Assembly: GCA_040285855.1 (NCBI GenBank)
Contig: JAUFOQ010000006.1
Span: forward strand, 1,922,001-1,986,000
DNA from: Eukaryota sp. GEM-RC1
Taxonomy: Eukaryota
DNA length: 64,000 bases
Reading direction: 5' to 3'
The translations under genes were made by a program, and so were the position numbers. The notes beneath the pieces are model-generated. The model was given only the letters and a program-made list of their open reading frames with translations, made no database searches and was not told the DNA's origin. This document shows, one piece after another, positions 22,430 to 36,200 of the stretch. Position 1 is the stretch's first letter. Each line of letters starts with the position of its first letter.

Positions 22430-23561
22430 CGTTGTGATACGGATTGCTCAAGCTTTGACAATACCACGCTGAGTAAGCATACGTAACGTATCTACCATCG
22501 GCATCGAAACTAGGTTCCAATGGTTCAATCAAGATACCATGACGAGGATCCCATGAGTAATCCGAGGGATAACGATACGTATCCACAGCATCTCCATCAT
22601 ACAAATCACCGAGAAAGCGTTCAATAACTTGAGGGGAAATACCTGGAGGAACGTTCCTCAACAGATAGTGCCGTCTTTTAGGCATACGGTTGCGGATGAC
22701 AGGATGCCAAGGAGCGAACTTCGCCAAGTGCCACATGTCGTAATCAGAGATACCAACGCTGTTGTCTTGTGGACTTACCCAGCTATTTGGGATAGCATCC
22801 TTATGGAAGTGCTGTTCCTCAATAGACCCAACTAGCTCTTCGACTTTGTTGCCTCGATCTTCTGGAGAGAGACTCATCTTACGAGCTAGAAGTTCCTTTT
22901 CAACAAGAAGCTTCTGTTCTGCTTCGAGTCTTCTAGACTGCTCTTTGGCGAGAGATTCCTGTAACTTGCGAATCTCTTCAACCACTTCAGTTGACCTCTT
23001 TTGAGGAACTGGAACAACATCGGGAATGCTTTCTTTATTAAAACTATTTCTACGAGGAAGAATAGGGAGAGGAGACGCTGTTACAACAACATCATGAATC
23101 TCGGAATGCGGAGTACTGCTACTGTCAGCATCGCTTACTCTATACTTCTCTAACAAGCTTGGGATACGGTCTGAAATTACAGAGGGAGTATCCAAACCCA
23201 CTTCGCCATCCTTGCGGGAAGACGAAGTCCTTCCATCCTCAGATGGGCATCCACCTTCAGGTTGAACATCTACAACTCTACGAGAAGTAGATTCACCAAC
23301 CTCAGGTGAGATTTCCGTCACCTCCTTGTGGGAAGTGGGGCTTCTATCCTCAGATAGGCATCCGTCCTCAGACAGGCATCCATCCTCAAATGGGTCACTT
23401 TCAAAGTCCGACGAGTCAACTGACTCTTCTGTCTCAGGAACCAATGGCTCCTTTCGACGGGAAGACACTTTGGAGCTAGACTTAGATCTAGTCAAAGGTT
23501 TGTTTCTACGATTAGTTTTGTTTCCCGCTTTTGGGGGGTTAGTAGTCCTTTTCTTCACCAT
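22332..23561 (-). CDS. Upstream ORF1 of the gypsy element, unknown function
   Basis: ~409-aa ORF with ATG at 23561, just inside the 5' LTR boundary: basic N-terminus, acidic EDGCLS repeats, coiled coil and an aromatic-rich C-terminal domain. Overlaps gag-pol, which is in the +1 frame. Confidence 0.8.
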   Translation of the reverse strand: MVKKRTTNPPKAGNKTNRRNKPLTRSKSSSKVSSRRKEPLVPETEESVDSSDFESDPFEDGCLSEDGCLSEDRSPTSHKEVTEISPEVGESTSRRVVDVQPEGGCPSEDGRTSSSRKDGEVGLDTPSVISDRIPSLLEKYRVSDADSSSTPHSEIHDVVVTASPLPILPRRNSFNKESIPDVVPVPQKRSTEVVEEIRKLQESLAKEQSRRLEAEQKLLVEKELLARKMSLSPEDRGNKVEELVGSIEEQHFHKDAIPNSWVSPQDNSVGISDYDMWHLAKFAPWHPVIRNRMPKRRHYLLRNVPPGISPQVIERFLGDLYDGDAVDTYRYPSDYSWDPRHGILIEPLEPSFDADGRYVTYAYSAWYCQSLSNPYHNVAVSSRHLPVGHRYENLPQSTFGSIKHDLSCS

Positions 23562-23577
23562 CTTGGACAATAATTAT

Positions 23578-23668
23578 TGATACCGTTTGGCTACAAAGGG
23601 TAGGGAAAAGATGTTTATAAATAAAATAATATGATCTTGTAACACTTCACTAACACCTGTGGCTAACA
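23578..23668 (-). repeat. 5' LTR (91 bp)
   Basis: Direct repeat of 16854-16944, followed by TSD GCTT (23669-23672; left copy 16850-16853). Confidence 0.95.
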
Positions 23669-24297
23669 GCTTCCCCTTAAACAATTGTGAACATTTGAAT
23701 TCATGTTTGATTTTTATGCAATGGAAGTAGAACAAATTAGATCAGCCCGTTGTTTTTCACATTAATTTTTCAGCAGTGTAAGGATAATAAATATGATGCT
23801 CCAACGACAGTTTTTAAATGTACAAACCAGTCTCAGTGCAAGTTTTGCGAATTGCAAGGTTAATTTCAAGGTCTGCGTAGCAAATATGCTGCTAAGAAAC
23901 GGGTGTACAAGCGTTTGAAAATAACTTTCAATTAAATCGCAATGTGTTTACAAAAACAAAGACAAAACTTCGGGCCTACTTTAATCCTTGATTTAATTTC
24001 ATTATTTTTAGTATATCATCAATTCAATTCCTGCTATTACTGAAAGTGACGCTGGAGATTTACACATAAGCGAAAACACAACTCACAATGTGATGATTTG
24101 ATTGGTGTCTCCGCTTCGGATGAAAATAAAATACACTCAGTTCAGTTTATGGGAGGTTTGAACACAACTGATTAAAAACCGTAAATCAGACTGAAAAAAT
24201 GAACGGAAAATGACTTTTAATTACTGTTATTGTTATTTGTCAATTTGACCGTTTGATTTGTTACTACGGTGAAAATGGAATTATATACTCTAAAACT

Positions 24298-27200
24298 TTA
24301 TCGGTCAAAAAAGAACAATAATAAAGTAATGGTGTTTGTAGACACTAACCCTGAAAGAGAACAAATATTATACATAGTAATCAAGGTCATAATCATTAAA
24401 CACCAACTGTCCATAGCAGTTGCAACTGGCAACAGAAGAAGAAGAACTGTTGTTTGAATGATGTAATATAAAATTAGAGGTACAAACTCAGCAAAAACAA
24501 GCAGCAAGTAACCATATAGAAAGGTAATAGTTGGTAAATCTCGTTGTAAGAGAATAACAAGTAACAAGAAAATTGAGTGGATAAAACAAGCGATAAATTG
24601 GTTTAACGAATAATCATCAAAGTAAACAGCCCAATAAATGCCGGCAAATAGAACATTGATGGAAAAAGAACAGCGATAATCAGAAAAAAACTGTGTGTTG
24701 CTTTGAAAAATTACAATCATGCTTTTTCTTAATCAAATGACGAGATATACAGCTCATTATGAGGAACAGTATGAGTGGCGAGAGAATAAAAGTATCAAAG
24801 ACAAAAACAGTTGACATGTAGTCAACAAAAACTTTTGTGTCAGTAATTCTTGCTGAGAAAAGAAAAGATGGTAAAAACATCGAAATGAGGACTGGATTAA
24901 CTTTGATAAATAATTGAAATTTCCTAAATTTTCCCAAAAGCTTGGGAGTATTATGGGGAACAATGAGTAAATACCTCGAATCCCGACCGCGACTCAAATA
25001 GCGCAACAGTAGCTTATCACAGAAGAAACCAACTGTTAAGAAGAAAATCAACACAATCACACCAATAGTTAAATCAGAACGTTGTAAACACAAAAAGCGA
25101 CCATAACTCTTGATGTCACAAAACTGACACGTGTCACCAACTGCATTTGTCAAACGACATTCATTTCTTCTACAATTGAACCAAATGCCACACTCCTTTA
25201 CTGTTCCGAGTCTCACATCGTCCTTGTATCCTTCCAATAGAAATTTTAAATTTCCATAACTACACTCAGCTATCTTTGGACATTGTTCACAAGACTTGTT
25301 ACGATCTAAGGAGAACTTGGGACACACACAGTCTTCAATACTAGAGGCACCAGGTTTCAGTGTTAGCCTGGGATAGGGACATTCACGACAAATACTACTG
25401 AATTGATGGTCAGAATAGAAATTGGTTAAACATGGACTACATTCACCCGAGTTACTCAGCTCATACCCACTGTGACAATAACAATTCAAACCATCTCGTA
25501 GCTTGGGCGAGGGACAATTTGGAATTTGAATATTCAAGACAGTTTTGAATTGTTTAAATGTGACAATCAACTCCGCGTGTACTAAAGGAGGTCCTACAAG
25601 TTCAAAAGAACGATCATTAATCACACGAATAAGAAACGAATGTTCTAGTGACCAAAATAAGTCAGTAAAGTAGAGATCAAGTGTCACGTTATGAGTAGGA
25701 TGAATATAGACTAGGAAGGCGGAAAATGAAACTTTAGCACATGAATAATGGAAGTCATTCGAACTCTTACAGGGTTGAACATCTATAATCAGACACGTGA
25801 ATATTTGGTCTGATTTCTGAAGAATTGAAAAGTTCCAGAGGAACTCATTTTCTCCTAAAGAAATCAGAAATTGATGTTGACCGAACTTAAATTCCGGTTG
25901 TAACTCAAAAGTAGCGGTGTTATTGTGGAAGAATACTTGAGAATAGTCAAGTGAAGTGTTAATACTCAAACTACTACAATTACAATCAACAAGAAACCCA
26001 ATTGGGTCAGTACACAACAACTCAGTCGTTATGTTCAAAGTACCAGGTGAAAGCTCAAAAGTAGTTTCAAGAGGCTCAATAAAGACAGGAGATCGTGGTA
26101 AAATCAAGTGATTAAAAAGGACTTCACCATTATGACACTCATCACTTTGAAGTAAAACCGAAACAGTAAGACTACCTTGGAAGGTACCATTCCTAGTGGA
26201 ATTTAAATAGCCCTCTAAAGTAGAAAAGGAGATGAATTCTTTGTTGTCATAACCAATTGATACGTTGACGTTCACCAACTCCCCAGAAAATGTTCTTCCA
26301 AGACCAATGTCAACAGGGCTGAAGCATTCTTCACTAGAAAATCCGTAAAATTCTACTTCTAATAGATGAAAAGGGTTTTTGGCACTGAGATTCACTTGAC
26401 TTACAGAGAAAACGACGTCATTAGATTCACAAATTTTGGCAAATTCAAATCCACTGGGAATTTGGGTACATACAAATGACAAACTCTCTGAAAAAGTGTC
26501 AGTATTTGCAGTACTCACTGAAAAGGGAACATCATCAATTACACTTCCACAACTTGAATTCACAGTGATACGAATTCTAATGATATCGTGATCGTTCTCA
26601 AACTTATATACCATATGCTCCCCTATTTTCAACAAAAGAGAACACTCCTCAATTGCTCGAGCACAACACCGCTCCCCATCAAATATCTTTTGAACATCCA
26701 AATATTGAAATTCCAATCCCTTTTCAGAAATTGAAATAAGAGAGTCATTAAGTAAAGGCCATGAATCAGTTCCAAAGGAAGTAAAGCATACTTCATCTAG
26801 AAATGATTCACCACTGACTAAAGTTGACGTGATAAGGGTGTTGTATGCATAAACACTAAGAGTAACGTGTTGTTGAAAGGTTGCTATCAACACGTCATGG
26901 CATTCTAGTGACTCTTTTGAAACCGTTGAAGAAAAGAAAGTACCATCAATTTCACACAAGAAATCAACTGAAGGAACTATCGTTATTGATCTCAACGTTA
27001 CAGGACGTGCTTCGTATACAGACAAAAAGCATTCGGATTCAAAAGACAAATTAAAAACAGAAATTGTTTCAATAATGTAACTATGAAAACCTTCATGACT
27101 CCAAACGATTGAATAGTTGGACAAACCAAGTGGAAATGAAGCGTTTGATAGATTTATCGTATATGAATACTGGATAGTATTGTCGGTTTCCACTGTTGAT

Positions 27201-30200
27201 AAGGAAATATTGAAAGCGTCAATGGGCGGATCGATTTGAATAAATGAAGACGTCAGATAGTTGGAGAAAATTTGAAATTCTAGCAGTATTGGAAATTTTG
27301 CAGAAAACACGTGATCTGAGATGTACGAAAACAAAGGTGTTGGAACAATGTCACGTACAAGATTGAAACTGAAATAACTGTCAAAATATGTAACATGAAT
27401 ATCGAAGTAAATACTGCCTTCATTTTCAGTCATAAGAGTAAACTCAATCTTTCCATGTGATCCTTTCTCTTCTTTAAGATAGCCGTTTCCGGAACAATCA
27501 ATTTCACTTACATAATCAGAGCTATGAAACTGCAATTCAAAATGGAAATCAGATTGACTTTCCAAATACAGTGGTAGTTGTTGAGATATTAAAGGTAATA
27601 CAGATGCAACATTTGTTGACTGTTTGTGATTGCTTAGCACAATTGAGCTCACTTGATTGTCGGCAATCCAAACAGAATTCACCCAAATACTAAATGTCTC
27701 CGAGTCGAACCGTGATTTAGATAAAGATTTTCTATATGAGACAATAATTGTACATTCAGAATAGAATTTACTTCAATCACTGGTGGAATGACAACAAAAT
27801 TGTCCACGCGAACATCAAGATGAGTGTTGAATTCTGATTCAAATGATCTACCATAGAGATCATCTACAACGGGAGAATGTAAGTGGAGATTTAAAACAAT
27901 GACTGAATTGAAGGTATGATTAAAAGTAAAGTCAATGTGGTTGAACATTAGACAATCTTGAACAATACTAGTGTTATAATGTTCAATTCCTTCAACAGTT
28001 ATAGAAACAAACTCAGTAATTGGAGATCCAAACCATTGGAAAACTCGTGGTTGAATATTATCAATCTGGCAAATAATTGGTAAATGGAAAACAACATAAC
28101 AACCAATGGTATCACACAGAGTTAGATCTTGAATTGAGCCAGCAGTATTAGAAACAATTATTAAAACTCCAAGAGTAGAATTAGCTGAGTATTCAACAAT
28201 TGTAAATGAGGTTACAGTGGTAACAGCCAAAGAATCCATCGAAATCAAGTTATAACGACTGTAGATTTCAATGTGACAAGGGATATTAACAAAACAAACA
28301 AACGACGGATCCGTGGCTTCTAATGAAGAAACAGGAATGTTTTGAGCTGTAATAAGTTGAGGCGTGAACTGAATACTGACTGAGAAGTAGGAATCTCCCA
28401 GAAGAGGCCCAGTATCAATCCAAACGTGATCAGTTCCAATTGCGGAAATGGAAGAATTACTACCAGAAAGATAAACTTCAGTATTGTCAAAGCAGTTGAC
28501 CATGTATCCAAACCTGGTGCTAGTTAATACCAAATTGTTCTGAATAGGAGATAGAACTGGAGGAAAATGATCAAACGATGGAGCTGCCACAATTAGTCGA
28601 TGATTGTTGCTAGATTGGTTTCCAATTTTAACTGTAACGTTAAGGAGCGAGAATGAAACATCACAAACAAAAGGAACCATGATGACAATACGGTCATGTG
28701 AATGACTAAGAACATTAGCACGTGGAAAGTCTTCTAGTAATGACACATAGTCATAAGAAGTAGACAAATCCCTACCAATAATGGTAATTTCTCCAGTCAA
28801 TGGAAAAACAGTGGGAAGAATCTCAGTAATGACAGGCTTTTTGGAAACAAAATGACGCGATACTGCTGGAATTGTCAGATATTCGTGATAAAATCAAGTC
28901 ATGACAACCATGTCCTGGTTCGAATTTAAGAAACATGGAATCGTGATCGATGGTTATTTGTTCATTAATCAATGTAGTTGTACACTGAAATTCAATATCA
29001 AGAAGTCCAAAGTTATGTCCATGAGCCATCACAGATCCACCCACGGTTGGTGGAGAAAGAAGTGTCACTTCAATTGGACACATGCTAACACTAAGTGTAG
29101 TTCTAAAATGTAATTGAGGGAGGTTAAATGAAAAGACAATGGATGAAGTATAAGAGGTTGAAGAAATCAAATCTGAGACATGAAGAGTCAAGAAGTTGGT
29201 AGAAAATGACCATTCAAAAACACTGGCAAAACTTACAGAAACAACCATGACTTCTTCTACAAATCCAACATTTTTAAAATAGAGTAAAGACTCGCAATAG
29301 GAAGTATTGCAACAACTAGATGACGGAGAGAGGGAAACATTGGATAGTAAAAATGAGAGGTCAACAAAAGCATCAAGTCCTAATATTGTTGATACTTGGT
29401 CTATAGCAGAAGTCCTAATAATAACAGGAAAACCAGTAGAAAAAGTGGCAGCAGAATTTGACATATATAGGTCCGAAATGAATAATTGTTCTTTTAAAAA
29501 TTGAGTAGTTATTTCTGAGTTGATGAGTAAAATTGAGTTATATACATCACTGTCAAGTTGCAGAACAAGTAAAGTGGAATTGGTGAAAATGACAGTAGAA
29601 TTAACAATCTCGTAGATATAAGTGTTGGTATTTGTTTTAGATTGTGTGATGATGAAATTATCAAATTCCAATGTTGAGGAATTGATCGAAAAGATAATTT
29701 CAGTAGACACATTACTGATAGAAAGATTAACAGCTTTAATATTTGAAAAGTACGATTCGAACACTGAAGATAAGTTAGTCTGATTAATAAGAGAATTGGT
29801 GAAAGTAGTTGAAGAAGATTTTAAATCAAATAAATTGTTAATTGAACTACACTGCAACTTGAAAAAGTCGATGGATACTGAAGAATCCACAGATGAAAGG
29901 AAACGAGGCAATATAGATTGCACAATAATGAAGTCTAATAAAATCAATTGAGATCGTCTAATATTAATTAATTCAGACAGTTCAGAACTCTTAAAATCAG
30001 GCCTTGTTTTGATTGTGGTACGCTGAAGGTATCCATATGATCCATCCATCACAAGAACTCGATAGAGAGCTGCAGTTATGTTTAAGTCAAATGATGTAAT
30101 AGAAGAATTGTTGAGTCTTATGAGTGGATATGAAGAATTACCGGTAATAACTACCTCATTCATCTCCAAGGAAGAACTAGTCAGAATTAATGAAGTCGTT

Positions 30201-33200
30201 GGTGTGGAAAGCACGGAAGTGTAGTTCAAACTTACATTTGCATTACGAGCGGTCAAAATGGGGGCGGATTTCGGTAGATGAAGTCCGTCTAGAACAGATT
30301 CACTGATCAAAAATGTTGTGTCAATGATCTGAATAAAGTTTACAACAGTGAAATTTGTGAACAAATATTGTTGACCAATCGAGAAGTGACTACCAGAGAG
30401 TAACAGGTAGTTTACACAACTAAAGTTATTACCAACAATATACTTTAATGCTGACATTGATGAATTGATGATTTCAAACACTGTGAAAAACTCGACATTA
30501 TTTGAAAGAACACTTCAAACACATAAACATCAGAGTTTTCTGCTCGAATTAATTCAAAAGCTGTCAAATCAAATAATTCAATTGAATGGAGAACAATTCT
30601 TGAGTCAGATGTATCGAACAGTATCGTGTTGCTACCGAAACTCTGATGAAAAGTAGTATTGGCAATCACTAAATCAGAATTCTGATTGATTGACACTGAT
30701 GAACCTAACATGCCAAGAATTTCAGAATCATAAATTTTGAAAATACTTTCTGATATCCAAATAATTTCATCAACACCTGAACCATTGATGAAACTGTCTA
30801 ATAAAAATCCTGAACTGTTGGTGGCTGATATAAGAGGGATATTCGTGTTGAACAACTTGAGTGCCCAGACACTAAACTGGGTGTGATCAAACTCAAGAAT
30901 AGGATGTTCAAGAGTCTCAATACTAGTCGAAGGAAATTGTAGTGAAAACATTTCAAGATTAAAGTGACAGGATTTACACTTTATCAAAGACATTGTCAAT
31001 GAGTGAGTTATGTCAATTGAAATATTACCAATTTGAATGTTTGATTGATCTCCAGATAATAGACCTGATCCCATTAAATAATTGAAATTTGTTGAAAAAT
31101 TTGAATTAAAATAAAACACAGAGTCTTCTAAGTTAAACACATAATCAAGTCTAGAGTTGCTGACGTCAACATTCAGACACGAAACAGTAGAGCTCTTTGA
31201 ATCGATGAAAGAAGAAGTATCAAGATCGTGAGCATCAATCAAATCAAAAGTAATTGCAGAGTCATAAGTACTAAAAACAGATGCTGACGTTTCAACAGAA
31301 AAAAGAAGGCAATCACGTAAATCTAGCTCAGACTGATTTACCTCAAATAGACTAACTGAAGTCAAGTTGGTCCATGATACATCATAAAAGAAAACATTGG
31401 ACTGAATTACACTGAAAATGGTATTGTCAGAACATAAATTAACAAATCGAGAGGAATTAACTTTAATTTCAGAAAACGATGCCACAATAAACGAACCATT
31501 TGTGTTGAAAACCAGTGATTCGTATATATTCAGTTTAGAGCCAAATAGCGAAAGAACAAAGGAAGTGTTGACATTTGACATTTGAACATTGTTCCAATCA
31601 GACACAGTGTCTAAAAGAATCATCAACGGTCCAGTAATATTTGCAAAGCGTGAGTTTTGAATGGAAATTTTTGAGCTTCTGAGCTCCATTGGTGGCTCTA
31701 GTTTTTCATTAAAGAGATTATAAAATTGACAATACTCGACCACAATATGACTGTCATCAGCACTAATAAAGAGCTCACTGAGTCCCACTGGAGTCGTCAT
31801 CTCAGAAAGAGTTACTCTGAGACTTGACTGAACAATGACGAAGAAATTATTGGTGACAATATTAAAGAAAACAAAGTTTGTGAGCTCTAATTCCGATAAA
31901 GATAAGAGCTCGACAACTGAGTCAGCTCTACAGTTATTTAACGAAAGGAAATCAACAAAGACTTGACATTCATTGAAGTGGAAAAGAATATTGAATTCAG
32001 ATCTGGTAACAGATGAAGTATTTGCTGTAACAATGGAATCAATACAAGAAAAAGCAGTTACTGTCGAAAACAACTCAGAGAAATTGACATCATTGATATG
32101 AACAACAGCACGATCTTCCATAGTCAACAATTGCCCATTGATTGATTGGAAAACTGATTGATTTACTGAAAATAACGAATCAATAATACTCAATAGAGTT
32201 TGGGTATCGACTGAATTTACATGCAAAAGAGATAATTGTATTTCACTGTTGACAGAATTAATCAGATTGCCTGAGATATTGACAACACTAATTGAAGTCA
32301 TTGTCAACACAGACGAAGTTAGGGAAATTAGTTCTGATTCAGTGACAATATTAAGAAAATACCAGTTATTCGAAGTACAAACAGAGTTGGACAGACGAAT
32401 TGACGGTGTAGTAAATAGACAGTCTTCAAAACTAGCATTCGTAATCGTCAAATTAGTTTGTGAAACTGACATCGAAAATTTAAATTTAGAAGAATTTAAA
32501 TGTACACCATTCACGCTCACAATTGAATTTTCAGCATATGTGAAAAAGTAGATGTCACTTTCAGAACAATTTAGATTCAGAATCTCCATATTGGTTGAAG
32601 TGACTGTCAACAAATAGGCAGAATTAGTATAACGAATACCAGAATTTGAAAGAATTACAACTGAATCATGGACATCAAAGAACTTGACTGTGGTGATATC
32701 TTCAGTGAACAAATATGAAACAGAGAGCTCAGAAGATTCAATAGAGAAAGCTGTATCAAAACTACTGTTTACAAGAATCAAGTCGTACACTTTGCAGTCT
32801 GATAAAGATGACCAAATGAAAAATTCACTGTGTAAACCTGAGATGAATGAATTTAAAAGAGATAATTCGGTATCAGTGACAGTAGCAAATCCTGATACAA
32901 CAACTGAAGTATTGAAATTGATGTTGGAATGAAACAAAATTAAACTGCTTCTATGGGCAGCAATGATGGCATCATCAAAAACAGATTTCGCAATTGAAAT
33001 ATTTGAGATAGATACTGTTGACTCATCTACATCAAATAATCGATTGCAGTTAATATTAAAAGTATTTAAGTCCATGAATTCTACAACAACATTACACATA
33101 GCAAACACTGTTTCATTAACACAGGAACTTGTGATAGAAACGTTGTTCAGGATGGCAGAACTATTTTTAGACTTTAAGAGATATTCAGAAAAGACATGAA

Positions 33201-36200
33201 ACGTCACTGATGTTAAAAGAAGAGTTGACTTAGCATCTTGAGTCAACATGACATTGGAATAGAAACTTTCAATAGTAGAAGATGACATCATCACATCAGA
33301 CTTTTCAAGAAGTTCAAATACTGTATGCGTAGAAGAACCACTGATGAAAGAGTCGTTAATCCTCAGCTCTGATTGTTTTAATCTAATGAGAGAAGAGCTG
33401 ATTGATTGATAAGTAACTGCTGATAGGTTAGTGAATTCTAATGAAGAATGTATCAAATTAATGAAACCAGATGACGTGATATTGACTGAGAAACCGGTCA
33501 ATAAGACTGTAGAAAACTCAAACTCCATGAGATACTCAACATCTAACTGTAGTATCTCAATGTCGCCTAATCCAACTATTTCCCATAAAACGTTAGAAAC
33601 GGAGCCTAAACCTCTAGCATAAGTTCCTGAGGTAATATACACAGTTCCCTCATTTCCAAGACGCATAAACGCTCCCTGAAAAGAAGCACAAGGTCTTAGT
33701 AACGGACCACAACAAGGATTATCATCTCCAAAAGTAGTAATGTAAGCGGTACCTTCTATATAGGGAACTTCAGGGTCGAACCTTCCTATAACAGAGGTAT
33801 CTTTGTATTCAATGCCAAAAATAGATACACACGTACTTGTAAACGACTCAAATTGGCCAATGACAGTACTATTTGCTGAAATAATAGTGTATTCCTGTCC
33901 ATTCCAAGGATAATGAGGGTCAAAAATTAAATCTAATGTTCCAGCTAATTCAATAACAGACGTTGAAAAAGTTGGGTTGAAGACGATTCGTCTAGAATTG
34001 ATATTAAAAGAGTAGAATCTGAAGTTAATTGCAGTGGTTCATGAAAGATTAGACTATCTTGGGGAGTAATGATTGAATGGATTATAGTAGGAGTATGAAA
34101 GTCTCCACTTCCAGTTAAGGAGTTCCATGGATGAATGTAAAGAGGAAGGAACGTCCAGAGAAGGATTGATGTTGTATGTATAGCGTTGTTCATTGTAAAA
34201 GACACCTCCTTGGTAATGTTTAGCAAACCAGTGCCGTTAAGTAGGTCATTAAAGGTAACATTTGGTGACGAGGAAGTATCAAGAGATGAAACAAACAAAT
34301 CTAGAGTGTTTACGTCTGAGTCTAGAAGAAGATCATATCCCAAGAACAAGTTACCTTCAAGAACTACTTCTTTACTGGTATTAGAAACAATGAGACTTGA
34401 GTTAATCTCAGCATCTTTCAAATAGAGAAGTTGTGTTACGGTGACTGTCTTTGAGTTGAAGAAACTGCAATTGTTGCAACACAGAGAGTCAATGGTCACA
34501 GGAAATGATGAATTAAAACCAACAATTGAATAATGCAGATCCATGTAATCAATCCATTTTAGTGTGGCACCCACAGTAATTGATCCATTCTGAGTCCATA
34601 AAGACAAGGTAGAATCAGACGAGAGTTGAGGTTCCAGGTGACACTGACTGTCGTCTACAACGAGATTGACGGAAGAGACGTGTATGTCTGTAGAAAAAAG
34701 AGATCTGACTTGTTTACAACGTAGACCCATAAAATCGGGGAGTGTACAGTACCCACTGATTGAACAGTACTGTTATTACTCAGCAACCAAGAAAAATGGG
34801 TGCCAGCTGTTAAGACCGTTTTCGAATTGAACAGGGAGACTTGTCCTCGTCCGTGAACAATGAACTTGTCTGATGAGATGACATCTTTCTTTCCAGATGA
34901 AAAATTTTGAACATCATAGAGCTCCAAACTAGAAGTTTCAGGAACAACAAATGAACCATTAAAGTGGGGTTGATTCAAAACAATCATTGAAGAGTAATTA
35001 CCCAGGTTAACTATATTGTTTTGATTGAAGGTTAAGTTGAAAAAGATATGTTCACAATCAAAGGACATAGATGCAATGTTGTAAAGAAAAGAGTCATGAT
35101 CATTGAGAGAGAATAGCTTAAAGCCAGAATTTGGGGCACAACGAACTTCAACATCTTGTGGGAAATGTAGAGAAGTTTTGTTGAAGAAAAGAGTCTGACT
35201 GGAATCCGTAATAATCTCGTCAAAAACAGTGAAATTACTAGTAATGTCTAGAGTTTTTGTTCCATTACTATAAAGATTGAGCTGACTGACATTGAATTCT
35301 CCAACACCTTCAATACTTCCACAGTACCAATCAAACTTGTCAACGTGAAGATCAGTGTTGAGATTGATTGTGGGGCAATCGTTTTGACCAAAAACAAGAT
35401 GTTTCATGAAAGAAGGATGGTGAGAAAAAGCCAAAGGACCAGTGAAATTGACAAAATTTTGAAACATGAATAAAGTTTCAAACGACAAATGTCCGTGAAA
35501 ATGGGGTGTAATTATGAACATTTTTGAATGAAACAAAGAGACTTTCCCTTTCCAGGCAAAATTAATCTGTTATCTGAGAGTTTCACAAGTTCTTGTACTT
35601 CTTGAAAATTCAAAGCCCTTGAATAAATTCGAACTTCTCTAATTCTACCACGAAATTGGGTGTGAAGTGAAGCTCCATTCCACAAAGCTCCTAAAGGGTA
35701 AAAACTAGAAGGATCATTACAAGTGTACCAGTTAGAAGAGCTAGTTATCATTACTCCATTAATATAGAAACTAGCAGTAATGCCTGAAATGGAAACAACA
35801 ACAGAAATCCATTGATGACGTGGAAAAGTCACTGTTTGAGATTCTCGGGCCCAGTAAAATCGATTGGAATCTATGGAAATACCTAGTCTACATCTATTAC
35901 TAGACGATGCCGTACGAACACCAAAACCACCACTATCAAGCCAAATCTTTGCAACAAAAGTAGAATCTCTCCAACCATATACCCCTAGTCTATTAGGAAT
36001 ATTAAGAGTAGAAGAGTCCTTGGAAAACTCATAAAACCCACCTGAGGAATCCATCTTCCAATCAATATCAGAAAAAGAAAGTATTTGATGATGATTTTTG
36101 AATAATCATAAAAATTTGAATTAACACTCCAATCAAAATATAAAACAAGGTCAGAATCATTGACTAGAGGACGATCGATAAGATCAATAAATAAGGCTTC

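Larger units (their letters stand above)
16854..23668 (-). mobile_element. Full-length Ty3/gypsy LTR retrotransposon (6815 bp), chromovirus-like
   Basis: Two 91-bp TG...CA LTRs, 4-bp TSD GCTT, PPT, and domain order Gag-PR-RT-RNaseH-IN. Confidence 0.97.

Noticed and set aside
23578..23584. GGTATCA resembling a tRNA-Met primer-binding site (TGGTATCAGA)
   Set aside because: Present in both LTR copies and forms the LTR's terminal inverted repeat, so it is inside the LTR.
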